DNA from: Armatimonadota bacterium
GTDB taxonomy: Bacteria > Armatimonadota > Fimbriimonadia > Fimbriimonadales > GBS-DC
Direction of reading: 5' to 3'
DNA length: 64,000 nucleotides
Assembly (NCBI GenBank): GCA_039630445.1
Contig: JBCNVA010000060.1
Coordinates: 204-64,203 of the forward strand
Each line of letters opens with the position of its first letter. Within the stretch, counting starts at the first letter, position 1. Positions 46,604-55,987 of the stretch are shown in pieces. The translations under genes were made by a program, and so were the position numbers. The notes beneath the pieces are model-generated. The model saw only the letters and a list, made by a program, of their open reading frames with translations, searched no databases and was not told where the DNA came from.

Positions 46604-47671
46604 ATGGCGCTAAAAAGGCTGGATACGGTCTGCTTGATACGCCCGGAGGAGGTGCCACCCTCGCACGCGAGCTTGCGTGTGTTGAGCGTGTTCAATCCGG
46701 GCGTGGTGCAGGTGGGTGATGAGGTCTGGCTGCTGGCGCGTGTGGCGGAGGCGCCGCGCGAGCAACGCCCCGGCTTTGTAGGGCTACCCCGCTATCTGCC
46801 TGGCGAACCAGACCCCGTGATCGACTGGCTGCCTGACGACGCGGTAGAGCCGATCGACCCGCGCGTGGTGCGCCTGCGCGCCACAGGGCATATCCGCCTA
46901 ACCTTTGTGTCGCACCTGCGATGGATCAAACTCGACTCATCGGGGAAACGGGTGCAGGAGGTGGCGTCTGCACCGACGATGCGCCCCGAAACCGAATGGG
47001 AGACCTACGGCGTGGAAGACCCACGCATCACGCCCCTTGATGGACGCTCCTACTTCACCTATGTGGCGGTCTCGCCACATGGAGCCTGCACCGCGCTCGC
47101 CTCTACCGCCGATTTCCAGAGCATCACCCGCCACGGCATCATCTTTCCGCCCGAAAATAAAGATGTGCTGCTGTTCCATGAGCCGATTCGTGGTGAGTAC
47201 GCGGCGCTGCACCGCCCGAACCCGAACACCCACTTCCATGCACCTGAGATGTGGATTGCCTACTCGCCCGATTTGGTTCGCTGGGGGCGTCATCAGCCCC
47301 TATATGGAGGCGGGCGTGAATGGGAAAACGATCGGGTCGGGGGAAGCGTGCCGCCGCTGCGCCTCCCTGATGGCTGGCTGGAAATCTACCATGCTACGCG
47401 CCGTCCTCCCAGCGGGCGAGGGGTAGGCGTTTACACTGCTGCCGCGATGCTGCTGCACCCTGAGACGCCTGAGCGTATCTTGAAGGTCGGGACAGAGCCA
47501 ATTTTGGTACCTGAAGCCGACTTTGAGCGCGAAGGCTTCGTGCCCGATGTGGTCTTTCCTACTGGAGCCGTTCTGCGTGACGATTGCCTGCTCATCTACT
47601 ACGGCGCTGCCGACACCTGCATAGGGGTGGCAGAACTCTCCCTGCAAGCGGTGTTGCACACCCTGCAGTAG
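46604..47671 (+). CDS. GH130-like glycoside phosphorylase/hydrolase
   Basis: FNPGVV..G.EVWLLARV, GVEDPRIT, EIYHA, LIYYGAADT: five-bladed-propeller GH130 pattern. Confidence 0.6.
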   Translation: MALKRLDTVCLIRPEEVPPSHASLRVLSVFNPGVVQVGDEVWLLARVAEAPREQRPGFVGLPRYLPGEPDPVIDWLPDDAVEPIDPRVVRLRATGHIRLTFVSHLRWIKLDSSGKRVQEVASAPTMRPETEWETYGVEDPRITPLDGRSYFTYVAVSPHGACTALASTADFQSITRHGIIFPPENKDVLLFHEPIRGEYAALHRPNPNTHFHAPEMWIAYSPDLVRWGRHQPLYGGGREWENDRVGGSVPPLRLPDGWLEIYHATRRPPSGRGVGVYTAAAMLLHPETPERILKVGTEPILVPEADFEREGFVPDVVFPTGAVLRDDCLLIYYGAADTCIGVAELSLQAVLHTLQ

Positions 47672-47679
47672 GGTACACT
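47671..47679 (+). promoter_or_regulatory. candidate -10 element GGGTACACT for the radical SAM gene
   Basis: 16 nt upstream of GTG 47696 with GCGGGGG in between. Confidence 0.35.
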
Positions 47680-47695
47680 AAAAGCGGGGGTAGAA

Positions 47696-48724
47696 GTGTC
47701 CCGTCGGGAACTTTCAAATGGGCAACGAGGCTATGTGCCCGGCTATGTGCGGGCATATGAGGCGGGGTGGCTGAAGGAGCGCGTAGAGGCGGCGCTGGAG
47801 CTGCTGAACGCACCCTGTCGCGTCTGCCCTCGCTACTGCAAGGTGAACCGCCTGCAGGATGAGCATGGCGCGTGCCTGATCGGGCGCTACGCCGTGGTTG
47901 CCAGCGCGTTCCCCCATTTTGGCGAGGAGGATGTGCTGCGCGGCTGGATGGGGTCAGGCACTATCTTTATGAGCGGGTGCAATCTGCGCTGCGTCTTTTG
48001 CCAGAATTATGACATCTCACAGGTAGTCAATGGCATGCGCGTCACGCCAGAGCAGCTCGCGGCGCTGATGCTGCGCCTGCAGGAACTCGGCTGCCACAAC
48101 ATCAACATCGTCACGCCAGAGCATGTCGTGCCGCAGGTAGTTGAAGCCCTCTATATAGCCGTGCAACGGGGTCTGCGCCTACCGCTGGTCTACAACACCA
48201 GCGCCTACGACTCGCACGAGTCGCTGCAGGTGCTGGATGGGCTGGTGGACATCTACATGCCCGATTTCAAGGTCTGGACCCACGAAAGCGCACGGCGCTA
48301 CCTAAAATCAAAAGAGGACTATGCGGAGGTTGCCCGCGCCTCGATGCGCGAGATGCACCGTCAGGTGGGCGATCTGCAGGTCGACGCGCTGGGGCTGGCG
48401 TATCGGGGGCTACTGGTGCGCCACCTGGTGATGCCCGGACTGGTCGAGGAGACCAAAGCCATCTTGAAATGGATTGCCGAGACGCTGGGACCGAACACCT
48501 ATGTGAACCTGATGGCGCAGTATTATCCCGCGAACAAGGTGGGCGAGAGCTATCCTGAAATCAATCGCTCCGTCTATCGCGAGGAGTATCTCGAAGCGCT
48601 GGAGTATGCTGAGTCACTGGGGTTGCGCTTGGATCGGCGCAGCGTGCGCGAAGGCTTGCTGTTGCCACTGGGGCGCCAGATGCGTGCACAGCCTCAAATA
48701 ATCGGGAGACCAAGATGCGGTTAG
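47696..48724 (+). CDS. radical SAM protein (PflX/COG1313-like activase family)
   Basis: CNLRCVFCQN (CxxxCxxC) cluster. An upstream Cys-rich segment (CRVCPRYC) suggests an auxiliary cluster. Confidence 0.8.
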   Translation: MSRRELSNGQRGYVPGYVRAYEAGWLKERVEAALELLNAPCRVCPRYCKVNRLQDEHGACLIGRYAVVASAFPHFGEEDVLRGWMGSGTIFMSGCNLRCVFCQNYDISQVVNGMRVTPEQLAALMLRLQELGCHNINIVTPEHVVPQVVEALYIAVQRGLRLPLVYNTSAYDSHESLQVLDGLVDIYMPDFKVWTHESARRYLKSKEDYAEVARASMREMHRQVGDLQVDALGLAYRGLLVRHLVMPGLVEETKAILKWIAETLGPNTYVNLMAQYYPANKVGESYPEINRSVYREEYLEALEYAESLGLRLDRRSVREGLLLPLGRQMRAQPQIIGRPRCG

Positions 48725-49065
48725 TAGGTGTCTTGGCAGCGGTAGCGATTTTGGCGATTCTGCTGGTGGTGTGGCTCTACTATGGCACAGGCGGTCAAGG
48801 GGGCAACGCGCCGGGCGCACCACCCCCCAGCCGCATCACCGAGACCAAGCGAGCCGCACACGGCGTGGAGTGCCGCAATAATCTGAGCCAGATTCGCATG
48901 GCACTCCAGATGCGCCAGGGCACCGAAGAGAGCTTACCCGCCACCCTGAAGGAGCTGGGGTTGCCCGATAGCATGCTGATCTGCCCCGTATCGGGGCAAC
49001 CCTACCAGTACGACCCGAACACGGGCAGCGTCCGATGCCCCACACCAGGGCATGGAAGCTATTAG
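48715..49065 (+). CDS. hypothetical membrane-anchored protein (116 aa)
   Basis: N-terminal TM (LVGVLAAVAILAILLVVWL); pseudopilin-like C.NNLSQIRMAL segment. Overlaps the radical SAM 3' end by 10 nt. Confidence 0.45.
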   Translation: MRLVGVLAAVAILAILLVVWLYYGTGGQGGNAPGAPPPSRITETKRAAHGVECRNNLSQIRMALQMRQGTEESLPATLKELGLPDSMLICPVSGQPYQYDPNTGSVRCPTPGHGSY

Positions 49066-49076
49066 CACCTGCCCGA

Positions 49077-50240
49077 TTATCGCACACCTAACAGCAGCTC
49101 CATCGTCAGCTGGTCTAACTTCTCGTACTGATATCCTTTGCGTCCCAACGCCTCGCGGTCGAACGGATATGCCTTGAGCCATTCGGCGTTCTCACGCGAG
49201 TATTGCATCCGCTCCTGCAGCTCCACATCCCACTGGCGAATCTCGGCAAGCAGCCCTTGAATCTCCGCATCCTGATTGAACCGCTCTACCTTCTCCTTGA
49301 GGATCAGGTAGGTGCGCATGCAGCCCTTTGCGAACTCCCAGACGCCTTCCTCGTCCTCGGTGCGGTAGGCGTGCGCATCAAAGTGGCGTGGCCCACTGTA
49401 GCCGTTGTCCTCCAGCAGCTTCACGAGGAAAAACGCGCCCTTGATGTCCTCCGCACCGAAGCGGAAGTCCTGGTCATAGCGGCAGAACTTCTGCGCGTTC
49501 AGGTCGATGTGGAACAGCTTATTGCGCTCGATGGCTTGTGCCACCGCATGCACAAAGTTCAGCCCGACCATGTTCTCGTGCGCCACTTCGGGGTTTACGC
49601 CACACATGCTGGGGTCGTCGAGCGTTTCGATGAACGCCAGCATGGAGCCGACGGTGGGCAGAAAGATGTCGCCCCGCGGCTCGTTCGGTTTCGGCTCCAG
49701 CGCGAAGCGCAGATGGTAGCCCTGATCTTTGACATAGTGGATGAGGAAGTTCATGCATTCGCGGTACCACTGCAGCGCCTGAACGGGGTCTTTGGCGGCG
49801 TCGGTCTCGGTGCCTTCGCGCCCGCCCCAGAACACATAGATTTCCGCGCCCAGCTCCACCGCGAGGTCGATGGCGTGCATGCTCTTTTGCAGAGCGTAGG
49901 CGCGCACCTTCGGATCGTTGCTGGTGAAAGCGCCATCCTTGAACACGGGGTCATAGAACAGATTGGTCGTGCCCATCACCAGACGCATGTTATAGTCCTG
50001 CAGGGCTTGCTTGAACTCGCGCACGATGCGTTCGCGCTCGGCAGGAGTGGCGTCGATAGGCACAAGGTCGTTATCGTGCAGGTTCACGCCCCACGCGCCA
50101 AGTTCCGAGAGTTTCTGCACGATGCGCACGGGCGAAATGGGAGGGCGTACAAAGTCACCAAACGGGTCGCGCCCGCGATTGCCAACTGTCCATAGCCCAA
50201 AAGTGAACTTATGCTCTGGCTTCGGTGTGTAATCTGCCAT
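49077..50240 (-). CDS. xylA: xylose isomerase (class I)
   Basis: [16 protein letters not shown]-type segment (LHDNDLVP), [18 protein letters not shown]. Start at ATG 50240 with an AGGAGG SD. Confidence 0.93.
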   Translation of the reverse strand: MADYTPKPEHKFTFGLWTVGNRGRDPFGDFVRPPISPVRIVQKLSELGAWGVNLHDNDLVPIDATPAERERIVREFKQALQDYNMRLVMGTTNLFYDPVFKDGAFTSNDPKVRAYALQKSMHAIDLAVELGAEIYVFWGGREGTETDAAKDPVQALQWYRECMNFLIHYVKDQGYHLRFALEPKPNEPRGDIFLPTVGSMLAFIETLDDPSMCGVNPEVAHENMVGLNFVHAVAQAIERNKLFHIDLNAQKFCRYDQDFRFGAEDIKGAFFLVKLLEDNGYSGPRHFDAHAYRTEDEEGVWEFAKGCMRTYLILKEKVERFNQDAEIQGLLAEIRQWDVELQERMQYSRENAEWLKAYPFDREALGRKGYQYEKLDQLTMELLLGVR

Positions 50241-50275
50241 AGCTGGCACACCTCCTAAGGGGTCTTTTCGCGGGC

Positions 50276-50292
50276 ATGCAGGAATTTCCTGC
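50276..50292. promoter_or_regulatory. candidate operator palindrome upstream of xylA
   Basis: tgcagga-att-tcctgca (7-bp arms), centred about 44 nt upstream of the xylA ATG. Confidence 0.3.
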
Positions 50293-50479
50293 ACAGGGAA
50301 CCCATGGATGCCGTCTACCGTTTTAGTCAACGGGACTATGGCAACTGGCTCCGCTCACGGTGCAAATGCCGTATAAAGAAAAGCGTCAAAGGTTCCGATA
50401 ATCGGTTGCGAGCCTTCTGGCGAGCCGCTTCGTGCTTGCTCTGAAAGGCTCCGAATAACTACATCGATGGAGGTCTACC

Positions 50480-50833
50480 ATGCCAAGGCGAAGTAAGAAG
50501 CAGAAGCTACCGATCGAGCAGCGACCGGTGTCGATCAGTGTCGCGAGCCATCTGACGGGTGTGGAGAGCCACACCCTGCGCTACTGGGAGCGCGAGTTCG
50601 CCGAGTTCCTACGCCCGATTCGCTCCCCGGGCGGGCAGCGGCGCTATCGCCCCGAGGATATCGAGGTCATCCGCGAGATTAAGCGCTTGCTCAAGGAGGA
50701 GATGTACACGATTGCCGGCGCAAAGCGTAAGCTACGCGAGCGGTTCGGCACGCCGAAGTCCCCTTCCGAGGGCAACAACGGCACTCCTCCCAACCGGGCG
50801 CGCAAGCGTCGTAAGGTAGGCAGTCGCCGCTAA
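50480..50833 (+). CDS. MerR-family transcriptional regulator
   Basis: HTH ISVASHLTGVESHTLRYWEREF..RSPGGQRRY; GGAGGT SD. Confidence 0.8.
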   Translation: MPRRSKKQKLPIEQRPVSISVASHLTGVESHTLRYWEREFAEFLRPIRSPGGQRRYRPEDIEVIREIKRLLKEEMYTIAGAKRKLRERFGTPKSPSEGNNGTPPNRARKRRKVGSRR

Positions 50834-50864
50834 AGCGCGGCGACTACGGCAAAGGAGGGGTTCA

Positions 50865-53800
50865 ATGTCCAACCCCTATCGGCTCCCGTCCACGCTTTGG
50901 CAGGGCGGTATCTTCTCAGCGCACAGCCTCGCGCGGGTCAATCGCGAGCTTATTGGGGCACTGCTCCACTTAGACCCACACTGGCAAGTGCATCTGATCG
51001 CCAACGAAGTGGGCGACCCCGTCGAAAATGCGGAACAGCATCCGCTGCGCCGCCACCTGCTGCTGGGTGAGAACCCACCGCCAGCCAACGGCTGGCAGGT
51101 CTGGGTGCGCCATCAGTTCCCACCTGACTGGAGCTTTTCACCTGTGCCGCTCGTTGTGATCCAACCGTGGGAGTTCGGAGCGACTCCCCGCGAATGGGTA
51201 GAGCAGATTCGCGCCCGTAATGCGCAGCTCTGGGCGCCCTCCCAATTTGTGTATGAGACCTTTCTGAAATCGGGTGTGCCCGAATCGCAACTGCGCCTTG
51301 TGCCAAATGGGGTCAATCCCGACCAGTTCCGCCCGAACCTGCCCCCGCTGGAACTCCACACACTGGGCGTGACGAATGTGCCGCGCGAGAGTATCCCACA
51401 CCGCTATAAGTTTCTCTTTGTAGGGGGGTCTGTCCGACGCAAAGGCATCGATATTCTGTTGCAGGCGTACCAAGCGGCGTTCAAGGCGCACGATGAGGTT
51501 CTGCTGATTGTCAAAGATTTTGGCACACAAGATTTCTACAGTGTACGGAATTATCAGGCGCAGCTGATGGAGTGGGCGCGTGACCCATCCGCGCCCCCGC
51601 TGCTCTATATCCCCGACACACTGCCTGAGTTGGAGATCGCGCGGCTCTACTGTGCTGCTGATTGTCTGGTGCATCCCTATCGGGCGGAAGGGTTCGGCTT
51701 GCCGATTGCCGAGGCGATGGCGTGTGGCGTGCCTGTGATCGTCACGGGGTTCGGTGCGTGCCTGGACTTCTGCAGCGAGCAGACCGCCTATCTGTTGCCG
51801 GCGGAGGTGCGCCCGCTAAGCGGTGTAAGAGGGATGGAGGTGGTCGGCACGCCCTTCTGGGCAGAGCCTTCTATCGACGCCCTAATTGAAGCCATGCGCA
51901 CGGTCACCTCGAACCCCGACGCTGCGCGAAAGAAGGGTCAGGCGGCACGCGAGCATATCACCACCCACTTTGCTTGGAGCCGCATCGCACCCCTTGCTGC
52001 CCAATACCTGCAGGAGCTGGCGGAGCGTGCGACTGGCTATGCCACCTATTACCACATCGGGCTGAGCCGATTGGAGAACGGGGAGAGCGAAACCGCGCTC
52101 CAATTATTCGCCCACGCTATCGATGGGGAGCCGCTCAATCCCCACCTGTACGAGGCAGCCACACACGCGCTGTTGCAGCAGAACCGCTGGGCGGAGGCGG
52201 AGACCCTGCTGAATAAGGCACTGACGCTGCTGCCCGATGCGCCCAATCTGCTGGCGCAGAAAGCGTGGGTGCTGCTCTACACCGAGCGCGAGCAGCAGGC
52301 ATACCCGCTGGTGATGAAGCTGCTTCGTTCAGGCTATGCCGAACCGCACTGGCTCCATGAGGTGGTGCTGCCCCTGCGCAACTATTTTTACTGCCGCTCG
52401 AGAGCATCTGGCTCCCCTCTCCCACAGCGTGGGAGAGGGGGTGGGGGTGAGGGCAAACCCAACAAAGCTGCCCAGCGTGCCTGCGCCTTAGAGGAGTGGC
52501 TCACCCGCTACGGCGTTCCCCTTCCTGACGAGCCGCTCGGCACGCGCATCTCGCTCTGCATCGTCGCCCGCGACGAAGCGGAGTTCCTGCCCGAATGCCT
52601 TGAAAGCGTGCAGGGTGTGGTGGACGAGATTATCCTGGTGGACACAGGCTCCACCGATGCGACTCCCGAGATTGCGCGGCGCTATGGTGCGAAGGTGCTT
52701 TCGTGCGAATGGACGGACGATTTCTCTGCGCCACGCAACCTCGCGCTGCAGCACGCCACAGGCGACTGGATTCTGGTGCTGGATGCGGATGAGCGGCTCA
52801 GCCCGCGCAGCCGCGCGATTGTTCGCGAAGGCGCACGCCATCCGCAGTTCGCTGCTTACTACATCGAAATCGTCAACATTCTGGACAGGAACAATCCGCA
52901 GGACGCCTTTGTTCACCGCGCGATTCGGATGTTCCGCCGGCTACCCCATGCACGCTGGGAGGGGCGCGTGCATGAGCAGATCTTGCCGAGCCTGCTGGCA
53001 CATGGCGGCAAGCCTGCCACCCTGCGCAACGCCCAGATTATCCACTGGGGCTACGAGGCGGAAGTGATGCGGCGGCGCGGCAAGAGCCAGCGCAATGTGC
53101 AGCTGCTACAGCGTGCCTTGCAAGAGAACCCTCAGGACGCCTTCCAGTGGTTCAATCTGGGCAACACGCTCTACAATCAGGGCGATTACCAGGGCGCGTC
53201 CGATGCGCTACAGCAGGCGTGCGAACAGATCGATCCCACCGAAGATTACGCCCCCCTTGCGTGGAGCCAGTGGATTTCCAGCCTGCAGATGCTTCAGCGG
53301 TATGAAGAGGCGATCCAAGTGGGGCAGCGCGCGCTACGCCTTGGACTGGAGCATCCGCTGATCTATTTCACACTGGCGCAGTCCTATCTGCTAAACGGTC
53401 AGGGTCAGGAAGCGGTGGAGATGCTGCAGAAGGCGCGTCAGTGTGCCCTCCGCATCGGGCTGCTGAGCGCGGATGGTGAGACGCTGCTCGCTTCCAGCGG
53501 CTACACAGGCGACCCGACGGTGGTCACCTTTAAGTGGCATCTGACGATGGGGCGCGCCCTGCTGCTGCTGAACCGTCTGGAGGAGGCGGGTGCGCACCTG
53601 CAACGCGTGCTGAAGGAGCGTCCCGATTATGCCGAAGCGCACCTCTTTTATGCCGAGTGGCTGCGGCGCAAAGGGCGTTATGAGGAAGCCAGCCAGCATT
53701 ACGAACGGGCAAGCCGCAGCCCGCAAATTGCCTTCGCCGCACTGCAAGACGCCGCCAATATGTGGTGGGAGCAGAAATGCTTCGACCGCGCGTTGCCCTT

Positions 53801-54305
53801 CGTAGCGCGATTGGCGGAGCTGCAGCCCGATCAGGAGGTTTGGTGGCATCGCTGGGTGCACGCTGCCGAGCAGACGCGCAACCGCCACGCGCTGTGTGAA
53901 GCGTTCGCCTATCTGGAACGGCACGGCAAGCCGATCTCGGCAGGCGTACACATCAACTGGGGACGCGCCCTGTGCGAAATGGGGCAGTACGCCGAGGGGC
54001 TGGAGCATTTTATCAAAGCGATTGAGGCAGAGCCGTATAATGCGAACGCGCTATTTAACGCGGGCGATGTGCTGTATCAGTTAGGCGCGTATGCCGAAGC
54101 TGCCGATGCCTACTCCGCCGCGCTGGAGCGCGACCCCTATAACCCGCAGGGCTGGTTCGTGCTGGGCAACTGCTACTTTCGGCTGGGCGTGTATGACGCA
54201 GCCCGCATCGCCTTCCAGCAGGTGCTCGCTTTAGACCCAAACCATCATCCCGCCCGCCAGAACTTAGAACTAACCACCGAAATGATCCGCCGTACGGCGG
54301 CATAA
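50865..54305 (+). CDS. multidomain glycosyltransferase (GT4 - TPR - GT2 - TPR)
   Basis: GT4 core (FLFVGG..RKG.., EGFGLPIAEAMACGVPVI). GT2 core (ISLCIVARDEAEFLPECLES..ILVDTGSTD..DADE). TPR blocks after each catalytic domain. Confidence 0.85.
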   Translation: MSNPYRLPSTLWQGGIFSAHSLARVNRELIGALLHLDPHWQVHLIANEVGDPVENAEQHPLRRHLLLGENPPPANGWQVWVRHQFPPDWSFSPVPLVVIQPWEFGATPREWVEQIRARNAQLWAPSQFVYETFLKSGVPESQLRLVPNGVNPDQFRPNLPPLELHTLGVTNVPRESIPHRYKFLFVGGSVRRKGIDILLQAYQAAFKAHDEVLLIVKDFGTQDFYSVRNYQAQLMEWARDPSAPPLLYIPDTLPELEIARLYCAADCLVHPYRAEGFGLPIAEAMACGVPVIVTGFGACLDFCSEQTAYLLPAEVRPLSGVRGMEVVGTPFWAEPSIDALIEAMRTVTSNPDAARKKGQAAREHITTHFAWSRIAPLAAQYLQELAERATGYATYYHIGLSRLENGESETALQLFAHAIDGEPLNPHLYEAATHALLQQNRWAEAETLLNKALTLLPDAPNLLAQKAWVLLYTEREQQAYPLVMKLLRSGYAEPHWLHEVVLPLRNYFYCRSRASGSPLPQRGRGGGGEGKPNKAAQRACALEEWLTRYGVPLPDEPLGTRISLCIVARDEAEFLPECLESVQGVVDEIILVDTGSTDATPEIARRYGAKVLSCEWTDDFSAPRNLALQHATGDWILVLDADERLSPRSRAIVREGARHPQFAAYYIEIVNILDRNNPQDAFVHRAIRMFRRLPHARWEGRVHEQILPSLLAHGGKPATLRNAQIIHWGYEAEVMRRRGKSQRNVQLLQRALQENPQDAFQWFNLGNTLYNQGDYQGASDALQQACEQIDPTEDYAPLAWSQWISSLQMLQRYEEAIQVGQRALRLGLEHPLIYFTLAQSYLLNGQGQEAVEMLQKARQCALRIGLLSADGETLLASSGYTGDPTVVTFKWHLTMGRALLLLNRLEEAGAHLQRVLKERPDYAEAHLFYAEWLRRKGRYEEASQHYERASRSPQIAFAALQDAANMWWEQKCFDRALPFVARLAELQPDQEVWWHRWVHAAEQTRNRHALCEAFAYLERHGKPISAGVHINWGRALCEMGQYAEGLEHFIKAIEAEPYNANALFNAGDVLYQLGAYAEAADAYSAALERDPYNPQGWFVLGNCYFRLGVYDAARIAFQQVLALDPNHHPARQNLELTTEMIRRTAA
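52414..52453 (+). repeat. REP-like palindromic element inserted in frame in the glycosyltransferase linker
   Basis: cccctctccc-acagcgt-gggagagggg (perfect 10-bp arms at 52414-52423 and 52431-52440) followed by gtgggggtgaggg. Translates as SPLPQRGRGGGGEG. Confidence 0.7.
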
Positions 54306-54325
54306 TACCTCAACCGTGACCGTGG

Positions 54326-55987
54326 TTAGCGCCTGATCGGTGGCGGTGAGGGAACCGGTGAGGGTTTGTGACTGGTCCATGTAGCCTGGGTCATCAAGAA
54401 AGGCGCTGCGCCTGGCACATGCTTGTTGCGATCCCAGAGCTGCCAGATCGTGTTCCCCCAAGCTCGCAACCGTGCAAAGAAGGGATCGGTCTGCGCGATA
54501 TACGCCCTTGCTGGCAGAGTTAGCCGCCCTGTGCCGTTAATCTCATCCCGCAGGAACTCCATATACTCGCGGCTGGTCACCTGATAATACAGGTTAACCT
54601 CGATCCGATCAGCGCCCGCTGGTACGAGCAGTGATACCTCGTCGTATCCCCCGGCGTACTCGTCTGGCGTGAAGTAATCAGGGCGTGATTGACCCTCCCA
54701 TACAGGCTCGCACAGGCGTCCCACCGCCTCCTCGATGCGAAAGCCCTTAGGTGGGATGCGATTATCCTTGTAGCGTCGGTCTGCCAGCACGAAGTGGAAA
54801 GTTTTGGCTTCGTCGGTAAGTGAACTGCTCATCTGCGCCTCGTAAACCAGCTCGTCCCGGTATACTTCATGCGGCGCCAAAGGCGGGCTATGAGGTGAGT
54901 AAGAGGGAGGTAAACCTTTCAGCGTACCCACGGCATGATCGTAGGGGTTCACCTCATGAATAAGTTGTCCGCCTCGATAGACCTTGATGTTAACAAACAT
55001 GCGTCGCCCTTCCGGGAAACCGGAGATAAGCTTATGTCCCGTCTGGTTCTGCACACGGAAGCGCAATCTGCCGCTGGTACGGTCATACTGCAGGATTTGG
55101 ATTGAGGCGGCGGCTTGTAGCATTGCTCGCGCACGCTCTACCGCGTTGAGCAGCGCTGCTGGATTCAACCCAAGCCCCTGTGTCAGGTCCAGCGTCAATA
55201 CATTGGGTCCCTGACGCAGGAGTTGAGCGTTTATCGGGTCATAGTTGGGCGATCTCGGCACTGTGCTGGCTAAGAGCCAAGGCACCCAGATGTTGCCTCC
55301 TGTTAGGTCGTGAGTGGGCACACCGCTCTTAGGATGTTCCCGGCTGGGGCGGTTGGGAGCGTTCCGCATATCGCAGCCTTTGCCTGGCACATCGCGCATA
55401 TGGCAATCCTGGCAGGTGGCGATGTAGTTGTTGGGAAACGAGGTACGGAACCGTTCGGGGGCGAAGGGACCAATACCGGGCGCACCACCCTGTTGACCAT
55501 ATGCTGACAGAATAAACTCGGAGAAGGTGCGCTCCACATGGTAGTACGAATAAGCCGGATATCGCTCTGTCGGCAAAATTACATTATCGCCCGGACGCGC
55601 ATTCGCATAAGCGAGGTTCGCCAGCACCGGATTGGACACATCGTGGCAGGTCGAGCAGAAGTATTTGCTTTTGTGGTAGCGGCTGTAGAGCATGGGGTGG
55701 CGCGCCACCGCATCAGCGAACGGACCGCGCTTGCGATCGGTGGCGTCGATAAAGTATTGCCCTCCTGCGTTTTCGTTATAGTTGGAGCTGAAGGGATAAT
55801 TATTCACAAAGAATGGTGCGCCGCTGAAACGGAGGATCGACTGAGCCTGTGCCCTGTCGGCTTGAAGCGTCGTGTTCGCAGCGGTTTGCGAGGGGGTATC
55901 GGAGCTGTTTGTTTCATCCCAATAGCCGAGCCAGTCGCTGCCCTCGCGCTCACCCGTATGCGTGGCTTCAAAGAAGGGGTTAAACAT
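54326..55987 (-). CDS. multihaem c-type cytochrome, C-terminal part (553 aa; likely continuous with 55988-56467)
   Basis: Two CXXCH motifs (CSTCH, CQDCH). No signal peptide. The ATG is the codon immediately following the TGA of the upstream ORF, in the same frame. Confidence 0.7.
   Translation of the reverse strand: MFNPFFEATHTGEREGSDWLGYWDETNSSDTPSQTAANTTLQADRAQAQSILRFSGAPFFVNNYPFSSNYNENAGGQYFIDATDRKRGPFADAVARHPMLYSRYHKSKYFCSTCHDVSNPVLANLAYANARPGDNVILPTERYPAYSYYHVERTFSEFILSAYGQQGGAPGIGPFAPERFRTSFPNNYIATCQDCHMRDVPGKGCDMRNAPNRPSREHPKSGVPTHDLTGGNIWVPWLLASTVPRSPNYDPINAQLLRQGPNVLTLDLTQGLGLNPAALLNAVERARAMLQAAASIQILQYDRTSGRLRFRVQNQTGHKLISGFPEGRRMFVNIKVYRGGQLIHEVNPYDHAVGTLKGLPPSYSPHSPPLAPHEVYRDELVYEAQMSSSLTDEAKTFHFVLADRRYKDNRIPPKGFRIEEAVGRLCEPVWEGQSRPDYFTPDEYAGGYDEVSLLVPAGADRIEVNLYYQVTSREYMEFLRDEINGTGRLTLPARAYIAQTDPFFARLRAWGNTIWQLWDRNKHVPGAAPFLMTQATWTSHKPSPVPSPPPIRR

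Noticed and set aside
49203-50195. 330-aa plus-strand ORF
   Set aside because: It is antisense to xylA, whose identity is unambiguous.
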